DNA of 64,000 nt from Hamiltosporidium tvaerminnensis FI-OER-3-3 (lineage: Eukaryota; Fungi; Microsporidia): contig CM061254.1 in the NCBI GenBank assembly GCA_022605425.2, positions 124,001 to 188,000 on the forward strand. The letters are read 5' to 3'. Both the position numbers and the translations under genes were made by a program. Numbering within the stretch: position 1 is the first letter of the stretch; the number at the start of each line of letters is the position of its first letter. Shown here piece by piece: positions 10,791 through 25,116 of the stretch. The notes under the pieces are model-generated. The model ran no database searches. It worked only from the letters and a program-made list of their open reading frames with translations, and was not told where the DNA came from.

Positions 10791-13427
10791 TCTTTTAAAT
10801 ATATAGGAAGACTAAATCATAATAGTTTTGTAAAATAATATTTTGAGATATTTTATGAACAAATAAAGCTAATATAAACTTGTCATGTGTCAAAATACAG
10901 TATATTTTTGCTTTAATGTTTTATTTGTTGATAATTCTACAATTTTTATCTTTATTTTAACCATACCTTCACATGTATATAAATACTTTACCTTTAAAAA
11001 ACCGAAATTTAATTTAATTTGTATGTAAAATTATAGTTTATTTTTTTTCAGTGATAAAATTATGAATTAAATATTATTTAAGTATTTCAAATTTTACACG
11101 ATATAATCTCTATTTGTGTGTAATTTAGGATCAATTCTAGAATATTTGTTGATTATTAACTGATTTTGAATTTGTAATTCCAGTTCAAATAAGAAATATT
11201 GAGAAATTACTTTGTATGGTTTTAGAACACTATAGCTTAGTTAAATACAAATATTGCTAGAAAAATAAAGTAGACAGTTTAGAATATAATATTAACAACC
11301 GCTTTTACAGTGAGAATCTATTTAAGAGCACAAATTGATTAGACCCGGGGATTTTCTTCGTTTAAAACATCATTTATATAATTCAGTTAGTTCTTGCGAC
11401 GAAGACGTTAACGACTCACCTATAAATGTTTAATTAGTAAAAAAAATGCAAGGCATAATATTTGTGCTTCGATTAGCACATGACTCTTCTGATTCTTTTA
11501 TAAATCTTACACAAACAATAATAGTGAGTAGAGAATGAAACGCTTAAAATGTTTAATTGTCCAAAAAAAATATTTGAAATAAATATTATGGAATATCCTT
11601 TCTAGATTATACTATAAAGCAAGAATAACATCATAAATTTATTTTTTTACGATTCTAAAGTTTTCATTTTTTAAAGAAAAATAATTTAAATATATTTGTT
11701 CGACTTTTTTTAACAGCAGTTCTACTTATACATTAATAATTTTATGATAAAATAGCAAAGTTTTTTTGGTTTCTTGTGTGCGATTTATTTATATTTTCAA
11801 TATTAATTGCTTAAAACGATTATTGCTTGCATAGCTCTATGAAATTTCATCCCTGATAAAATCAAAATATTTTCAATAAAAATGACTATGAAAGTATAAA
11901 TAAGTTTCTAATATGGTTTTTTAAAAATGTAAGTTTGTTTCTGACAAAGAAAAATCTTCAAGTGAATGAATGCTGACAAAAAACTAAGAAAAAAATATGA
12001 AAATAGATCATGATCTTGATTGGACAAAAAAAGCCCGTTAAAACTAATATAAATTTATACCAGATGAAACATAATAGAAGAAATATGATAAAAAAATGTA
12101 TTCTAGAATTTTACATGCATCTGCTCAAGAACAGCTAGAGCGCAAATATAAAAGACATAAAAAATATACGAGCAAACAGATTATGAGAAACTATAAAAGC
12201 AGGAATACTATAACAACCTTATACAATTGAGCTACTGTCTTTCATAGAATAATCTAATGTATTTTTTTCGTTGAAAGTAAAATTAAGTTTCTGTCTCGAT
12301 CTTAATAGCAAGTTATAGTATATTATGATTGAAGAAAAATTAGTTCTATAAGATGAAGAATTCTTATTTAATCACAAAGGAAATTTATATTTATTACTAA
12401 ATAGATCGCCATTGTTACGTTTGAAACTTATATTTGTTCCTTACATAGCATATGGGTGAAAAACTTGGAGTATTGCACAAAGTTCTTTTAAAACACAATT
12501 ACTTCATTCTATCTACCGTTAGAAATTGACTAGAAGAATATTTAAATCAGTAAAAGTAGTGCGAATTATATTTTTTATGATTCTATCTAACAACTTAATT
12601 TTCTATAGACTTTTTTTGGAATATTTAATATTTTATAACTTTCTTTATTGTATCATCCTGCGAAACAATAGTTTTAACTTTTAGATCAAAATTTTTCCAG
12701 CGGGTGCACATGTTATATTGTTTTTATGGCCTAGTGACAGTTCTCAGTTCAACATAGATAACTTCTCCCGTTAAGATGCCATCGGCTTCCCCTTCAATAT
12801 TTGTATACCAAAGCTTTTCATACAAAAGACACGTAGGAGCATTAGTTGGGATATTTGGCTGACATGTGAATTTATGTTCGATACAGAAGTTTGATCGCAG
12901 ATAAAAACTCAACCCTGTCATTCCAAAATCAATAGAAACTCCTATTATGTTACACTTTCAGAACCGAATAAACTTCCAGTTAAAATAAACCTAGGCAACA
13001 ATTATTGTCGTATTTAAAGCCCATTTTGGCATTATTTTTTTTAGTAAGTAATGGATAAAGTGAGTTATGTGCAGCACAATTATTCATAAAATTAAAAATA
13101 TATAATTTATGTAGGTAATATAGATAATACTATCCAAAGATCTTGTTCAGATCATTTTGTTTTATGATTTTATTTCTAAACTTATCAAATATAAACTAAG
13201 CCATATATTTTCAACTTTCTAAATGACAAATTTCTGTCTAAAACCAGCATTTCGTATCTTCGAACTTTTTCTTCATTATTTTGGTTTATCAGTTCAAAAT
13301 TAAAAATATATGGTAATTTCTAGAATAACGGCCATTAATTTGTAAAAAATAAATTAAAAAAAGAAAATTTTTGATTAAAATATTAATTAAAAATTAATAA
13401 TACATCGAATATTTACACCTTATAGAA

Positions 13428-15926
13428 ATGTATTTTGGAAAAAAGTTACTCGTATGCAAAAACTCTTTGAAATATAAAAATTTCAGAAGTTGTATATTCA
13501 TAATAATAATTTCGAAGTTTCTCCGAACAAATAACTGTATTTCCATTATTGTTGATTTCGAAAACTACACACCAGAGCAAGCCTGTTTTATTGACCCTTT
13601 GATTTCCTATGATAAAAATATAGACTCTGAGGGCTGAATTACCGATTTCAAACAGACAAAGTCTAGGTTTTTACCTGCTATACACCGTTCCAAAGCCTCT
13701 ATTCGACAAGATTATTGCAAACTACCTATTAAAAAAAGGTTATATAATTCTATAAATGATCCAAGCAGTCCTTATTTAGATGATATCGGAACATGTCTCA
13801 ACACGGGTGGTGTTTTAAACTCAGAAAGTGATACCATTGAGAAGAATATCGAAGGATGCACATCATTCAATACCGAGTTAGATGTCAGCGGAGAAAAACA
13901 AGCTTTTGAAGCGAGTGCATCATCTCGAGAACCAATAGATATTGTTACATTTGATTATTCCGATTCATTCATGATTCGATCCAAGTATTTAGATGAATTA
14001 GAAAAGACTGAAAAATACCAAATAAAGCTTAATATAAGAGACATTACAAAAAGCGAAGTAGATAGTCATATTTTTAGAGAATGTATGAATGTTTTAGAGA
14101 ATGGATGGAATCTGGATTTTCTTGGTATAAAAAAAGAGGAGTTTTTAACCTTAATTTGGCTTCTGTATGATCTTAGGTGCTACACAGAATCCGATGCTTT
14201 GTTTATATTGTATAAAAACCTACTTTCTTTACTTTTGATTTATTTATCAAATTCAACTTTGCCTGGGGAATTAAATTTATTCTACGCCGATTTTATGAAT
14301 CATAATAAATATTTTTTACCATTCATCTTTATACTTTATGATAATATCTATGTAAAATATGATTCTAAAACTAAAGAATTGAGTTTAATTGAGGAAAAAA
14401 AGAAAATGATGTACACTTCTTTTGAGGAACAAGATATAGATGAAATTATAATCAGGACTACGCCTATAGTTTTGGAATTGATTAATAAAGAAAATTCTAA
14501 GGATAAATTAGTATTATTGAATTTTATAGCTTGCTCGTACCGAATAAAAGGTATTAAAATATCCAATAAAGATATGTATTACACCGAACGCAAAGATCTG
14601 AATCATGCAAGTAAAATTATGAATGCAAATTCAATAATTGATAAAATGAATACAAGTTATGTTCAGGTTTTTACTACCACAGAGATTACAGAAAGTGATG
14701 ATATAATTTCTATTGAATTTGAAAATATTGTCATTTCGAATAGCGATAATGATTTTTTAATAGATCGTAAAAATTTAGAATCGCTAATTTTAGTACGATG
14801 TAACATCCCGAATACAAACTTTTTGCGTCGATTATCATCTTACTTCCCCAAACTAAGAAATCTGTACCTTGTTGGATTTATATTAAATAATAAATTTTTT
14901 CGTTATTTGCATGTTATGAAGATTGAATGTTTAGATATTTCCTTTTGTAAGTATAAAGGAAATCCAGCAGGTTTAAACCCTCAAAAGCACGAGAAGTTGA
15001 AAGAACTCAGAGCAAACTACACCCAAATAAATTACAAGATTCTAAATTCTATTATGCTATGCAATGCTTTAGAGGTTTTACATATTAGAGGATTTAGTTC
15101 TGTACGATTTATACATTTTGAGGATTGCAAAAACTGGCAGAAGACATTTCGTTCTTTGGATCTATCGTTTTGCCAAATAAACAGTGTTTATATGGATTTC
15201 TTTTCTACCGATATAAAAGCCGAAAACCTATTTTTAGATCAGTTTTATAAAATTGATTGTTTTAAGAAAATTTTGAATCAAAAATCATTACATACCAGCA
15301 CAAAAAAATTGACTTTATCAAATAATTTAATGTCAGAAGATATATTTTCTTACTTAGCTGCTTTCGAAGTACTTGAATACTTAAATTTATCTTTTTTGAA
15401 ATGTAATTCCGTAAATTTTTTAAATTCTGATTATAAATTCAAAAGTAAGTTACTTTATCTAGATCTTTCAGGAAATGAGCTGCAAAAAACGAATTTTTCT
15501 TTTATAAATCAATTTGATTACCTATCTAGACTTGATTTGTCTGATTGTAAACTCAAGTGTGAGTTTATGAGCTATTTAACTAATTCTCTTCTTATCGCTT
15601 CATTAAAAGTAATAAATTTATCTGGAAATATACTTTGTTCATCTGATATTTCTAGAGTATGCTTGCTTGAAAATCTTATCCATCTTGTTATTACTTTAGA
15701 TAATAAAGTGTTTTCTGAATTTTTAAAAGAATACGGAGTTTTAGAATGTCTAAGTTTAGAAACAATCGTTCTGATTAATACAAATGTTAATGCAGACATA
15801 AAAAAATTTATAATTTCACAGCCTTCATTAAAAAATGTTAGATTAAGAGGATGTATGACGGAACCTAATTATCTGACAATGAATTCCAATGTAAGTCCTG
15901 ATTTTTTTAAAACTATTGTTTGCTGA
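13428..15926 (+). pseudogene. LRR-family gene (signal + BTB-like + LRR, about 832 codons) interrupted by one in-frame TGA at 13635-13637
   Basis: ORFs 13428..13637 and 13971..15926 are in the same frame with no other stop between them; TFDYSDSFMIRSKY and IDEIIIRTTP match the paralogues at 32645 and 55527; repeated LxxLDLSxxxL motifs. Confidence 0.85.
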
Positions 15927-16860
15927 ATCTATTCGATCTTTAAGTAATGAATGATTTTTTAGAAATAAAAATTAAGTTATAGCTTAAGAAATTAGTGTGT
16001 TTTTAATTTAATCACTTCTAGTGATGTTCTAATAATAAATCAAAATTAAATGATTCTATATTTGGCTCCAACGTATAATTTAGTTAGTTTTTTTAATCCT
16101 AATTTTTTTGGTTTATATCAAAAACGTGAACATTAAATAAATTATATGAGAAGAATAAATAGAGCAATTTTTATTCAATAATTACTTTTTTATTTCATTC
16201 CTTGTTTAATCTGTTATAACTTTGGACTATAAAAGATCGGCCGATAGATCCAGTGTCGTTTATATTTCACTAAAATATACAATGACTTTCGAACCGATTA
16301 TACTCGCTGATTGCCAAGCAGTTTGATTTAAATAAGGCCATCCTGTCTCCACCTTGCTTTTAAATTTTACTGCAAGATATTTTTTTGGCAGTAAAAGTCT
16401 AATTAAATCCGAGATAATCAATAAATACAGAAATAGAATTTTTCAAGCTCTATAGGTACTATAATCATATTATAAGCGACACATTATCTTTATTATCACC
16501 ATAATTGATATATTTCTCGATCATAAAATCTATGAAGAATAAAAAGCTAATTATTAAGAAAAATTAGTTTCCTATATGAAATTAGATTTCGATAAAAATT
16601 TATAAAAAAAATCATGACGCATCCAACCAGCATCAGTTTTATCAGAACAATGAAAGATTATAAAATATGTTTTATAAGCGATATTGAAAACCATGTTATA
16701 CAAATAAAATACTAAAAAAAATATCTATAACATAAGAATTTTTCTGACTATTAGAAGATCAAAATGTAAGCCAAGGGCATCAACCATGCAAATTCTTTCT
16801 TTTTATGTTATTTGAATTATCTAATTTAAATATTTCTTAAATCTTCAAAAAAAAAATTGC

Positions 16861-17535
16861 ATGAACAATTTTAAATCTACATGGCGAATATTCAAATATT
16901 CTAAAGAACAACTATCTGAAGATTTATTATCATATTGTGGAAATGATTTGTCTTTGTATTCTCAGACCATATCACATTCACAAATTTATAATTCAGCATC
17001 AAAATCACAAAAATGGCTTCATATATATTCACACTGTGATAAATTACTAGAAGTTTCTATTGATAGTATATTTATAGAAATAAAACTTTTTATAAATACT
17101 ACAACCTATAAAAAACCAAATAATAATTGTAATGAATTATTTTCTATGCCAATATCTTTTACCGCTGATTCTCAACCAATCTCTCAAACAAATTCTCAGT
17201 GTGATTTATCTATTACAACCAAAATTATTCTTTTGGAAAAAATTGCTATTAAAAATACGTATTTATATGTCACTTCCAAAGATACTCATATAGCAATCAA
17301 ACAATCCAATCTTCCTAAAATACAATTAACTTTTTTCAACATTCAAAATGCTCTTTCGTTTTATTCCTTCATAAATAGTAATATTGGTATAAATACATAT
17401 TCGTGTGAAATGCAACAAAAAATAAATCAATTTAAACAGATTGTTGGAAGTCGAGACATCAAAATTATATCTTCGAAAAAAACGATCAAAGAATTAATGT
17501 GTGAATTCAAGAAAATTGTAATTAATAAATTATAA
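16861..17535 (+). CDS. REC114: Rec114-like meiotic double-strand-break protein (224 aa)
   Basis: Ordered motifs IFKYSK / KWLHI / LLEKI / TSKDTHIAIK / KIQLTF parallel recalled yeast Rec114 motifs IKKYSK / KWQHL / LLENI / SCKSPIISCK / RFQMNL; C-terminal amphipathic helix. Confidence 0.6.
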   Translation: MNNFKSTWRIFKYSKEQLSEDLLSYCGNDLSLYSQTISHSQIYNSASKSQKWLHIYSHCDKLLEVSIDSIFIEIKLFINTTTYKKPNNNCNELFSMPISFTADSQPISQTNSQCDLSITTKIILLEKIAIKNTYLYVTSKDTHIAIKQSNLPKIQLTFFNIQNALSFYSFINSNIGINTYSCEMQQKINQFKQIVGSRDIKIISSKKTIKELMCEFKKIVINKL

Positions 17536-20445
17536 ATTATTAACTAAATTATGCGATTTAATATTTAGTAATATATAGATTTTATATTAGTTACTTTTTG
17601 ATTTTAAATTTACTTTTTTCATCTTGAATTATCTTGGGATTTTTTCGGTTGACTTTTTGATGAGGTTTGATATTTATAACAATATTGAAAGCCGGTAATA
17701 TCACATTGCGCAAATATATTGTAAGTTACTGAAGATAAGTTTATAACTATATTTTTCTAAGCGGAAAAGTTTATAATATGATGTATCTATGTTATTTATA
17801 ATAAGACCTTTGTTAAAATTATTTTTGCAATTCCTAAAGTATATAATAGAAGAACTTTATCAGTTCTTAAATTAAGCATCTCTATTCCTATATTCCTTTT
17901 CAAACCTATAAATTTACACTAGAAATTGTCTCAAACAAATCATTAAAAGAATTTGTACTTTTAATCGTAAATATAAAAATATTTTAAGATTAATCATTAA
18001 ATTAGAAGTAACTTGCGTTTAAAAGTGGTTAAAAAAGTAAAAATTTATCTGAAATTCATTTTTATAAATGAAATATTCGCTTCAGTACTTTTTTTTATGA
18101 AAATACATTAATAATAGAATAATTAGTTTAAGAGATTGAGAAATGTACTGAGTGCATGACTTATATCTCTAGAAACATAAAAAAATCTCTAGTTGGCATC
18201 AAAAAACATAATAAAACAAACTCATTGCAGTAAATTAGTATTTATTTCAAAAATATAAAACGTAAATTGCGATTTTTGTTAATTTGAAATCCCTACAAAT
18301 TTAAATCTGAAAACATCTATAAAATACAACTTACATTTAGTATTTACACATTATAGGCTATTTAAAATGCGTATTATCTCTTTCTTATGATAATAAAATC
18401 AATAAAAAACTTTGGTTTTGTTAATAAACTAGTTAAACTATAAATTATATTGAATTTGGTGAACAATCGATAATTAATGTAAAAAGCTCTTTAGAATCTA
18501 TTTTGTTCGGATAAAATCGTCATAATATTCATTCTGAATTTAAAATTATAAAATTTTGATTTGAGAGGATTATGATTATCTTAATATTACTTTAAAATAT
18601 AAAACTGCTTCAATTATTATATTTTATTTACGATCTAACATTTATATTCGGATTTAAAAAACAGAGTAAAATATTCTATTTTATATTTAAAGAATTTTAA
18701 AAGTATAAATTTACAAATATATAAAAAAATCAATGTTTATACCAGCAGATATAGGTATCTAATTGCAAAACATTTATTCTCTTCCTCAGAGGAATACCTT
18801 TGTATATAATTGAATCGCGTTTTCAAAATTTGATATATAATATTAGAGTAATGCGTTGATTCTTGTTCCAAAAATCGACAGATTTATTACTTATATATTT
18901 TAAAGGGCCCAATTTCTTGCTAAAAATTGCCAATATTAGAGATTAAGGTGTTTCTTTACATATTGTAAAGCGTTAATCGTTAGTTCTTTCTACAAACTTC
19001 TTTACTTTCGATATTATAATATACTTTTTTAGATTTAGTTACCATGAAATTTCTGAAAAAATGCAGTCTATATATTTAATATATGAATTAAAATATCAAT
19101 ATAATTTCGAAATGCATTTTACAATTCTTTTTAATATCCCGCTCCTTTGAAAAATACTTTGTGTTAATATATTTCAGGTTCGAAGAAATTACTTTAAGCT
19201 ATTTTTAATAAATCTAGTTAGATCGTAAGTATAAAAAAATGCACAGAACTATTATTATTTAAACCATAGTAGTTATATGGTAATTAAATTTTGCTAAAAA
19301 AAAGTTTATTTTTCTATTTCTTCGGCCGTTAAGAATATAATATTGTTTATAGAGTTAACCTTGGTCTTTAGAGCGATCGATATCTGATTGATATCGGTAT
19401 ATAAATAGAAACGAAAATAGCTATTACTATAAATCAAGTTTGAAAATTAATTTTCGAATACCCATGATATTCCACTTCAAAATATAGGCTGAAATAAAAA
19501 ATATAATCACAACATATTTTTTATTATCCTTTGGAACAAAAATTGCTATTTAAACAATAAAATTATATACTATAAGTGGAAAAAACTATAGAAATTTCAC
19601 TAAATATTATTCTAGTTAAGAGAAAAAGAATTTTTTATGTACAATATAATATTTTAGTAGCTCTAATAGAATTTATTGTAGAATAGTACGTATTTTTCAA
19701 AAGTTGCTAATGTTATATTTTTTTTTGCAATCCACCAAACTCAAAATTGGCATAAATAATCGTTATTTTTAAATTCCAACTGTATTCCCTGATATATCTA
19801 TATTCAAAAGCTATTCGGCTAAGGACTTTATATAACTTATTTAAAAGAGTCTATCCCCATAGTTTTTAATAATATTAATGGTTTAATAGTCTATCGCTGA
19901 TCTATATTCATCTTGAGCGCCCAGGAAATAGTAGCGTTTCCCCTTACCTTATCGCTAAGAAATAAATATACTTGCGCCGAATATGTCTCTTTGCCTTGCA
20001 TGAAGTCTACTTATACTGTTAAATGCTATACTAACAACTATAATCTGCTACTTGGGATTTCTTAGAATTCAAACGGAAGTTTTTTCAGATATTCAAGATA
20101 CTTAGTCTTTTAACAAAAGTTTACAAGCTAACTTTCCATTTTTTAAAGAGCAACAGACTACAATTTCAGCCAGATTTTTGATTTAGTTACATTAAAACAA
20201 CAATCAAATTTCGTAAAAATTTTCTTTCAAAAACAAATACCCAAAATACATATCGTATTTTGTTCATTTTCACAAACAAACAGACGAACAATTATTTTTA
20301 TATCATTTTAATTAAATAATAAAAATGAATGGATTTTAAGGCGTTATACTCTTAAATAATTAAATTTAATCTAAATATATTTTATTAAAATACTCGCTTA
20401 CTTACGTGGCACTAAAAATCTTAAAATACTCATGCCAAAGTCTAT

Positions 20446-22785
20446 TTATATAGAATAGATGTCTATAGCCGAACCGAATTCGGATATTAAATAATTTCTT
20501 TCCTGCAACGAAATCTCAGGTTTTAATGTTCCGAAAGAACGCAACCTCTTAAAATACATTCTTTTAAAATAATATATGAACGATAAACTATCGCTAAAAA
20601 GCGATATACCTATACATTGAAGATATTTTAGCTTTTGTATCGCCAAAAAATCATATTTTCCTAAAATGATATCTAAAATATACAATTCTTCTATAATATA
20701 TAATTTATCAGCTGCAAACATATCGTAAAGTTTACAATTTTCTAATCTGCAAAAAGATAATTCCAAGCTTTTACATTTTGTCATGAAAGACAAATAAAAT
20801 AAATCGTTTTTTGATAGAAAATTTCCGAAATAATTAAATATTTTAATGTTTTTCAGCATATATGGACTAGAAAACGATAAAATGATGGAGTTACCCGGTA
20901 AATTACAATTACCCAAATTAATATAGTGCAATTTAGCATTACAAGCATTCCTAATTACAGGTAGTTTATCAAAGGCCTCTAATTCTATATGAATTGATTT
21001 AAGGTAAATATGGTTGTTAAGATTGATCATCCGGTGATTAGAATTTGGAATAGTTATCGGTTTTTTGCTTTTGATGGTCAAATATACAAGATTTTTATGG
21101 TTTTCAATTGATAGAAGTATATAAAGAGCATTCTTACAATTTATTATCTTCATGTTTTCAAGACTATCAGCGTATTTGCACCCCGAGAAAATCATAGAAT
21201 CCGAATTTAAAAACGTGCAACCTATATATATCATAGACTTTAGATTTCTAAAATTCTGAATACATTGTATTTCGTAGTCGTACAAATAAAAGTGAACTAA
21301 TTTTAGTCTTTTTAAAGTAAGATAGTATTGTTGATGAATTATATTATTATAATTGTAAATTGGACTTATTGTTTCAGATGTAATTGTGATATCTTCTAAA
21401 TTTTTTAAATTATATATTTTATTAAAGAAATCTTTCAAATTTGCAGAGCCAAAGCGAAACCCTATTCTCTTGAAAAGCAAATTATATGCTTCTAGACATG
21501 GTAGAACCATAAAATTATCGAAATCCTGTGTCTTATTTAAGGTCAGGAATAATTGTGTCAGATTGGGGAACATAACTACAAGATCGGCATATAAAAATAT
21601 AAACGATGTGCGAATATTTAAGATTTTCAGATTTAGTAATCTACCGATTAAATATTTTGGAAAGAAATATTGCCTTTGATCAATAATAATGTCACTGAGA
21701 ATAATATGTTCTAAAAAAGTAAAATTGGCTAACAATCGCATATTATTTTCGGTCAATATTGTACTTCGGATTTCTAATTTTTTAATATTTTTGAAAACGG
21801 CTATATTATTCAAATAAAGCAAAACTAACCCGATTTTTGTCTTTTGAGAAATTGTTACTGCGGCTATATTTCTTGAAAATATCTTCCGAAGACAAAACAT
21901 TTTTTTCACATGGACAAAATCTATATCAATTAAATATATTTCCTCAATTTCTTTAAAAAACAATAGAAAATGTAATAATTTGATATTATTTTCTTCAATT
22001 TTATTTTCGTATATTTTTTCTATAATATAAGAAGAAATGTTAAATTTTTTAACTTCAGTTGCTTTTTCATCAAATCTACGACCAATTTTACCTTTGCTTA
22101 TATCCTCTATATAATAGAAGTTTAGCTCATAAAATATTTCAATCATTCTAGATATTATCCAATTGAAGTAATTAGTGCAAAACCTTTCTTTATATTGTAA
22201 TACTTGGTTAATTCCATTGTATAAAGTATTGCCGGAAGCATGGATCATATAACCTTTAAGAATCTTGTAAAAGTTTTTATCTCCATATATACCAACAATA
22301 TACGAGAAATATAGAACATCTAATAATTTATCGATTGGAACATCGGTGTTCATAGAGTCGAAATTTGAGAACAATTGCAGACAGTATTTAAAATCTATAA
22401 AATAGAGCCTTTGATGTAGGTAAATCTTATCTCTACACTTACTCATCGGACTTAAATTTTCTGTAGATGGAATCAAACATATATTTTTTGGAAAAGAAAT
22501 TTTAACCATACTTAGCTCAAAATGTTTTAATTCATCTTTTCCATTTGGACATAAAAATAACTCATTTATAAAACGATGTAATCCTTCACATTCATATAAA
22601 ACATTCTTTTCTTCTGAATATAATGCATATCTGTTAGTTAATTCTCCTTTATCTCGGTTATAATTATTAGTTATAGAATCATTTATATTACAAGCATATA
22701 GTAAATCAAACTCTATCGATTCCTTCTTTTTCAATCTTTGGATTGTGCAATATGTCAGGTTTAACATGTAAATGACTGCATTCAT
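20446..22785 (-). CDS. Divergent LRR-family protein (779 aa)
   Basis: Long intact ORF; LRR-like repeats (IKKLEIRS, LEHIILSD, LKILNIRT, LKRLKLVH); TCCC motif about 12 nt upstream of ATG; short hydrophobic N-terminus. Confidence 0.88.
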   Translation of the reverse strand: MNAVIYMLNLTYCTIQRLKKKESIEFDLLYACNINDSITNNYNRDKGELTNRYALYSEEKNVLYECEGLHRFINELFLCPNGKDELKHFELSMVKISFPKNICLIPSTENLSPMSKCRDKIYLHQRLYFIDFKYCLQLFSNFDSMNTDVPIDKLLDVLYFSYIVGIYGDKNFYKILKGYMIHASGNTLYNGINQVLQYKERFCTNYFNWIISRMIEIFYELNFYYIEDISKGKIGRRFDEKATEVKKFNISSYIIEKIYENKIEENNIKLLHFLLFFKEIEEIYLIDIDFVHVKKMFCLRKIFSRNIAAVTISQKTKIGLVLLYLNNIAVFKNIKKLEIRSTILTENNMRLLANFTFLEHIILSDIIIDQRQYFFPKYLIGRLLNLKILNIRTSFIFLYADLVVMFPNLTQLFLTLNKTQDFDNFMVLPCLEAYNLLFKRIGFRFGSANLKDFFNKIYNLKNLEDITITSETISPIYNYNNIIHQQYYLTLKRLKLVHFYLYDYEIQCIQNFRNLKSMIYIGCTFLNSDSMIFSGCKYADSLENMKIINCKNALYILLSIENHKNLVYLTIKSKKPITIPNSNHRMINLNNHIYLKSIHIELEAFDKLPVIRNACNAKLHYINLGNCNLPGNSIILSFSSPYMLKNIKIFNYFGNFLSKNDLFYLSFMTKCKSLELSFCRLENCKLYDMFAADKLYIIEELYILDIILGKYDFLAIQKLKYLQCIGISLFSDSLSFIYYFKRMYFKRLRSFGTLKPEISLQERNYLISEFGSAIDIYSI

Positions 22786-24611
22786 TTGTATAAAAAGGGA
22801 AGAAAAAAATATTAAATTAATTTTAATAAAAAAATCTTTGCAATTGAATTTAAAAAAGGGATTTATTTAGCCTAAGAATGATATTTTTTTACAATCTACT
22901 TTTTATTTTTAAAAATCAGTGCATCAACTGATAAAAACGTGCAATTTATTTGGTTTATTGTTTTTTAGAACTTTTATAGGTTTTCTCGAAGATCAATCAA
23001 AGTATTGCAACTATTCCAAAAAAAATATTTACGGTAATTTAATTAACTGCTAGACAAAAATATACCTAAATCAATTTCTTTTTGGGTGTAAATATTTTTT
23101 GTGTTGTTTGTTTCCCTCTTAACATTCATCTGATCAATTTAGAAAGGAATCTAATTTTCTGTTTAAGTGGTGAAAAGAATTATTCTTGCAAATTTATTTT
23201 ACTGCTTTTACAGTTAAATATTAGTTTATTTTTGATATAATTAATCGTGGTTTTGTGTTTGACAGACATGATCGCATTTATATTGCATCTAAAGCCTATT
23301 TAGAAATGATGAGACGAATAAACAAAGAAAACAATTATATAAGATTATGTTTTGAGCCTGTTATAAATCTGAAAGAGAAAAGGATTAAAAAGCAATTATG
23401 CGCATTTTTCTTACGATCGCAACTATAAAACCAAAAGATTCATTCGATATGTGGTAATTCTAGAACATTAAGGTTTATAAATATTAAAAAATTCGTATTT
23501 TATTTCATCTAGCTTTGGTTTAAAGATAAAGAAATGCTTTATTGCATGGATCTCAAAACAAGTATCAAATTTGAAGGTAAAACCTCCTAATACGCGTTTT
23601 GGTTTTTAGTGCCGACGTTTTCCGTTATCGTTTTTCTAAATTTTTATTCTTGTAAACGATGTAAATATTTTCGATTTTAAGTCAGTATATCTGTTTAGAA
23701 TACATAGAGTGAACGAAAGAGGCATATAGTAGACTTTAATAGTGTGATATTGTCTTCATGTGTTTTGAACGTTTATTTAGTTGCTTAAGTTTATTTTTTT
23801 GACTCAAATGTAGGAAAATACTCAAATGTATAGAAATGTCTAACAAAACAATAAATGATATAAAATATAAGAAAAACATAGAAAATAAGTCTTACCGTAA
23901 ATAAAAATCCTAGTTTTTTTTATATTATTTCACATCATACTTCACAATGTTGATTATCAATTTTAATTTTCAAAAACAGCGTAAATCTAAATTTTTTGAA
24001 CGTATGATATTTACCATATAGATAATATAGGCTATATTTTTTTTCTGGCTAATTATGATATTAAGTATGGTTAATTTTTGAACAAATATACGACAAATAC
24101 CGATACAGGTATATTATTTTAAATATCTTATTTTTTATATTGACATATAAAACAAATATTTCACGTTCATAGTAAACCACATATATTGCGTAGTCTGTGA
24201 GAAGGGAAAGTAAGCAAATTTTTAATATGAATTATTTTTTTATTATCAAATCTCGAAAAACCAAATCATTAAAGATTTATTTTTATCTCTTAATATAGTC
24301 ACAAGCTTTATAAAAAGTCTGTCTTGAATTATTGGCGATAAAATATACACTTATAATATTTTTTGCTTGAATATTATATCTTATACAATCATTTTGTCGT
24401 AAATTCATTCCGAGTAACGACATTAACACCCCCTAAATATTTTTAAATAATTATTTCTTTTACCTCTAAGAAGGAGAGAAAATGAACTTAAACAGAAAAC
24501 CTTCAATCAATAAAAACCGTTCATTTTATACTATTAAAATGCCGACACACGGCACATTTTATTCGTAAAATGACGTTTCATAGATAAATCTAATGGTTTT
24601 TAATAATCTTA

Positions 24612-25116
24612 GGATCTATTAGCAAATGGGTTAGGTCTTATTTATAAGTGTAGTGTAGAGATAATTCCTTATGTGATGACCTGGGACGGTATTGTGACAA
24701 AATACCAAAAGACTCATCTTAAGAAATTGCAAATACCTATGAATGTAGAGGCATACATACAATCCATAGTATACATGAAGACAGTCAAAACAATTTCTTT
24801 TGATCGACGAAGAGGAACTGAGTTTGGACCAAATGCCGAAAAGAGCTGGGAGAGAGCATAATTAAGTGTTATTTTAGGAGCTGAGAGGCATAAACAACCA
24901 AAACCCTCTTTAAAGCAAGTAGACAACGAGGAAGATGGTGTTAAAACGCAAAATACAAAAAATATTTTACCCTTATGTTAGATGGCATAACCACAGCAAA
25001 GGAACCAACAACTAATACAAACGACGAGTTGGAGTTGAAAAATGAGATAGAAGTGGTTGAAATGGTGGAAATAATTATTTAGAAAAGAGAAAAATTTGTT
25101 AACCCAGAATTTTATT
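24612..25116 (+). mobile_element. 5'-truncated R4/Dong-like (RLE) non-LTR retrotransposon 3' end, relatively well preserved
   Basis: DLLANGLGLIYKCSVEIIPYVMTWDGIVTKYQKTHLKKLQIPMNVEAYIQSIV...ISFDRRRG is the C-terminal restriction-like-endonuclease region; homologous to 37.4-37.65 kb (-) and 60.65-60.87 kb (+). Confidence 0.85.

Noticed and set aside
12724-12921. 65-aa minus-strand ORF
   Set aside because: GC-richer and coding-like, but no motif recognised; possibly a decayed fragment.
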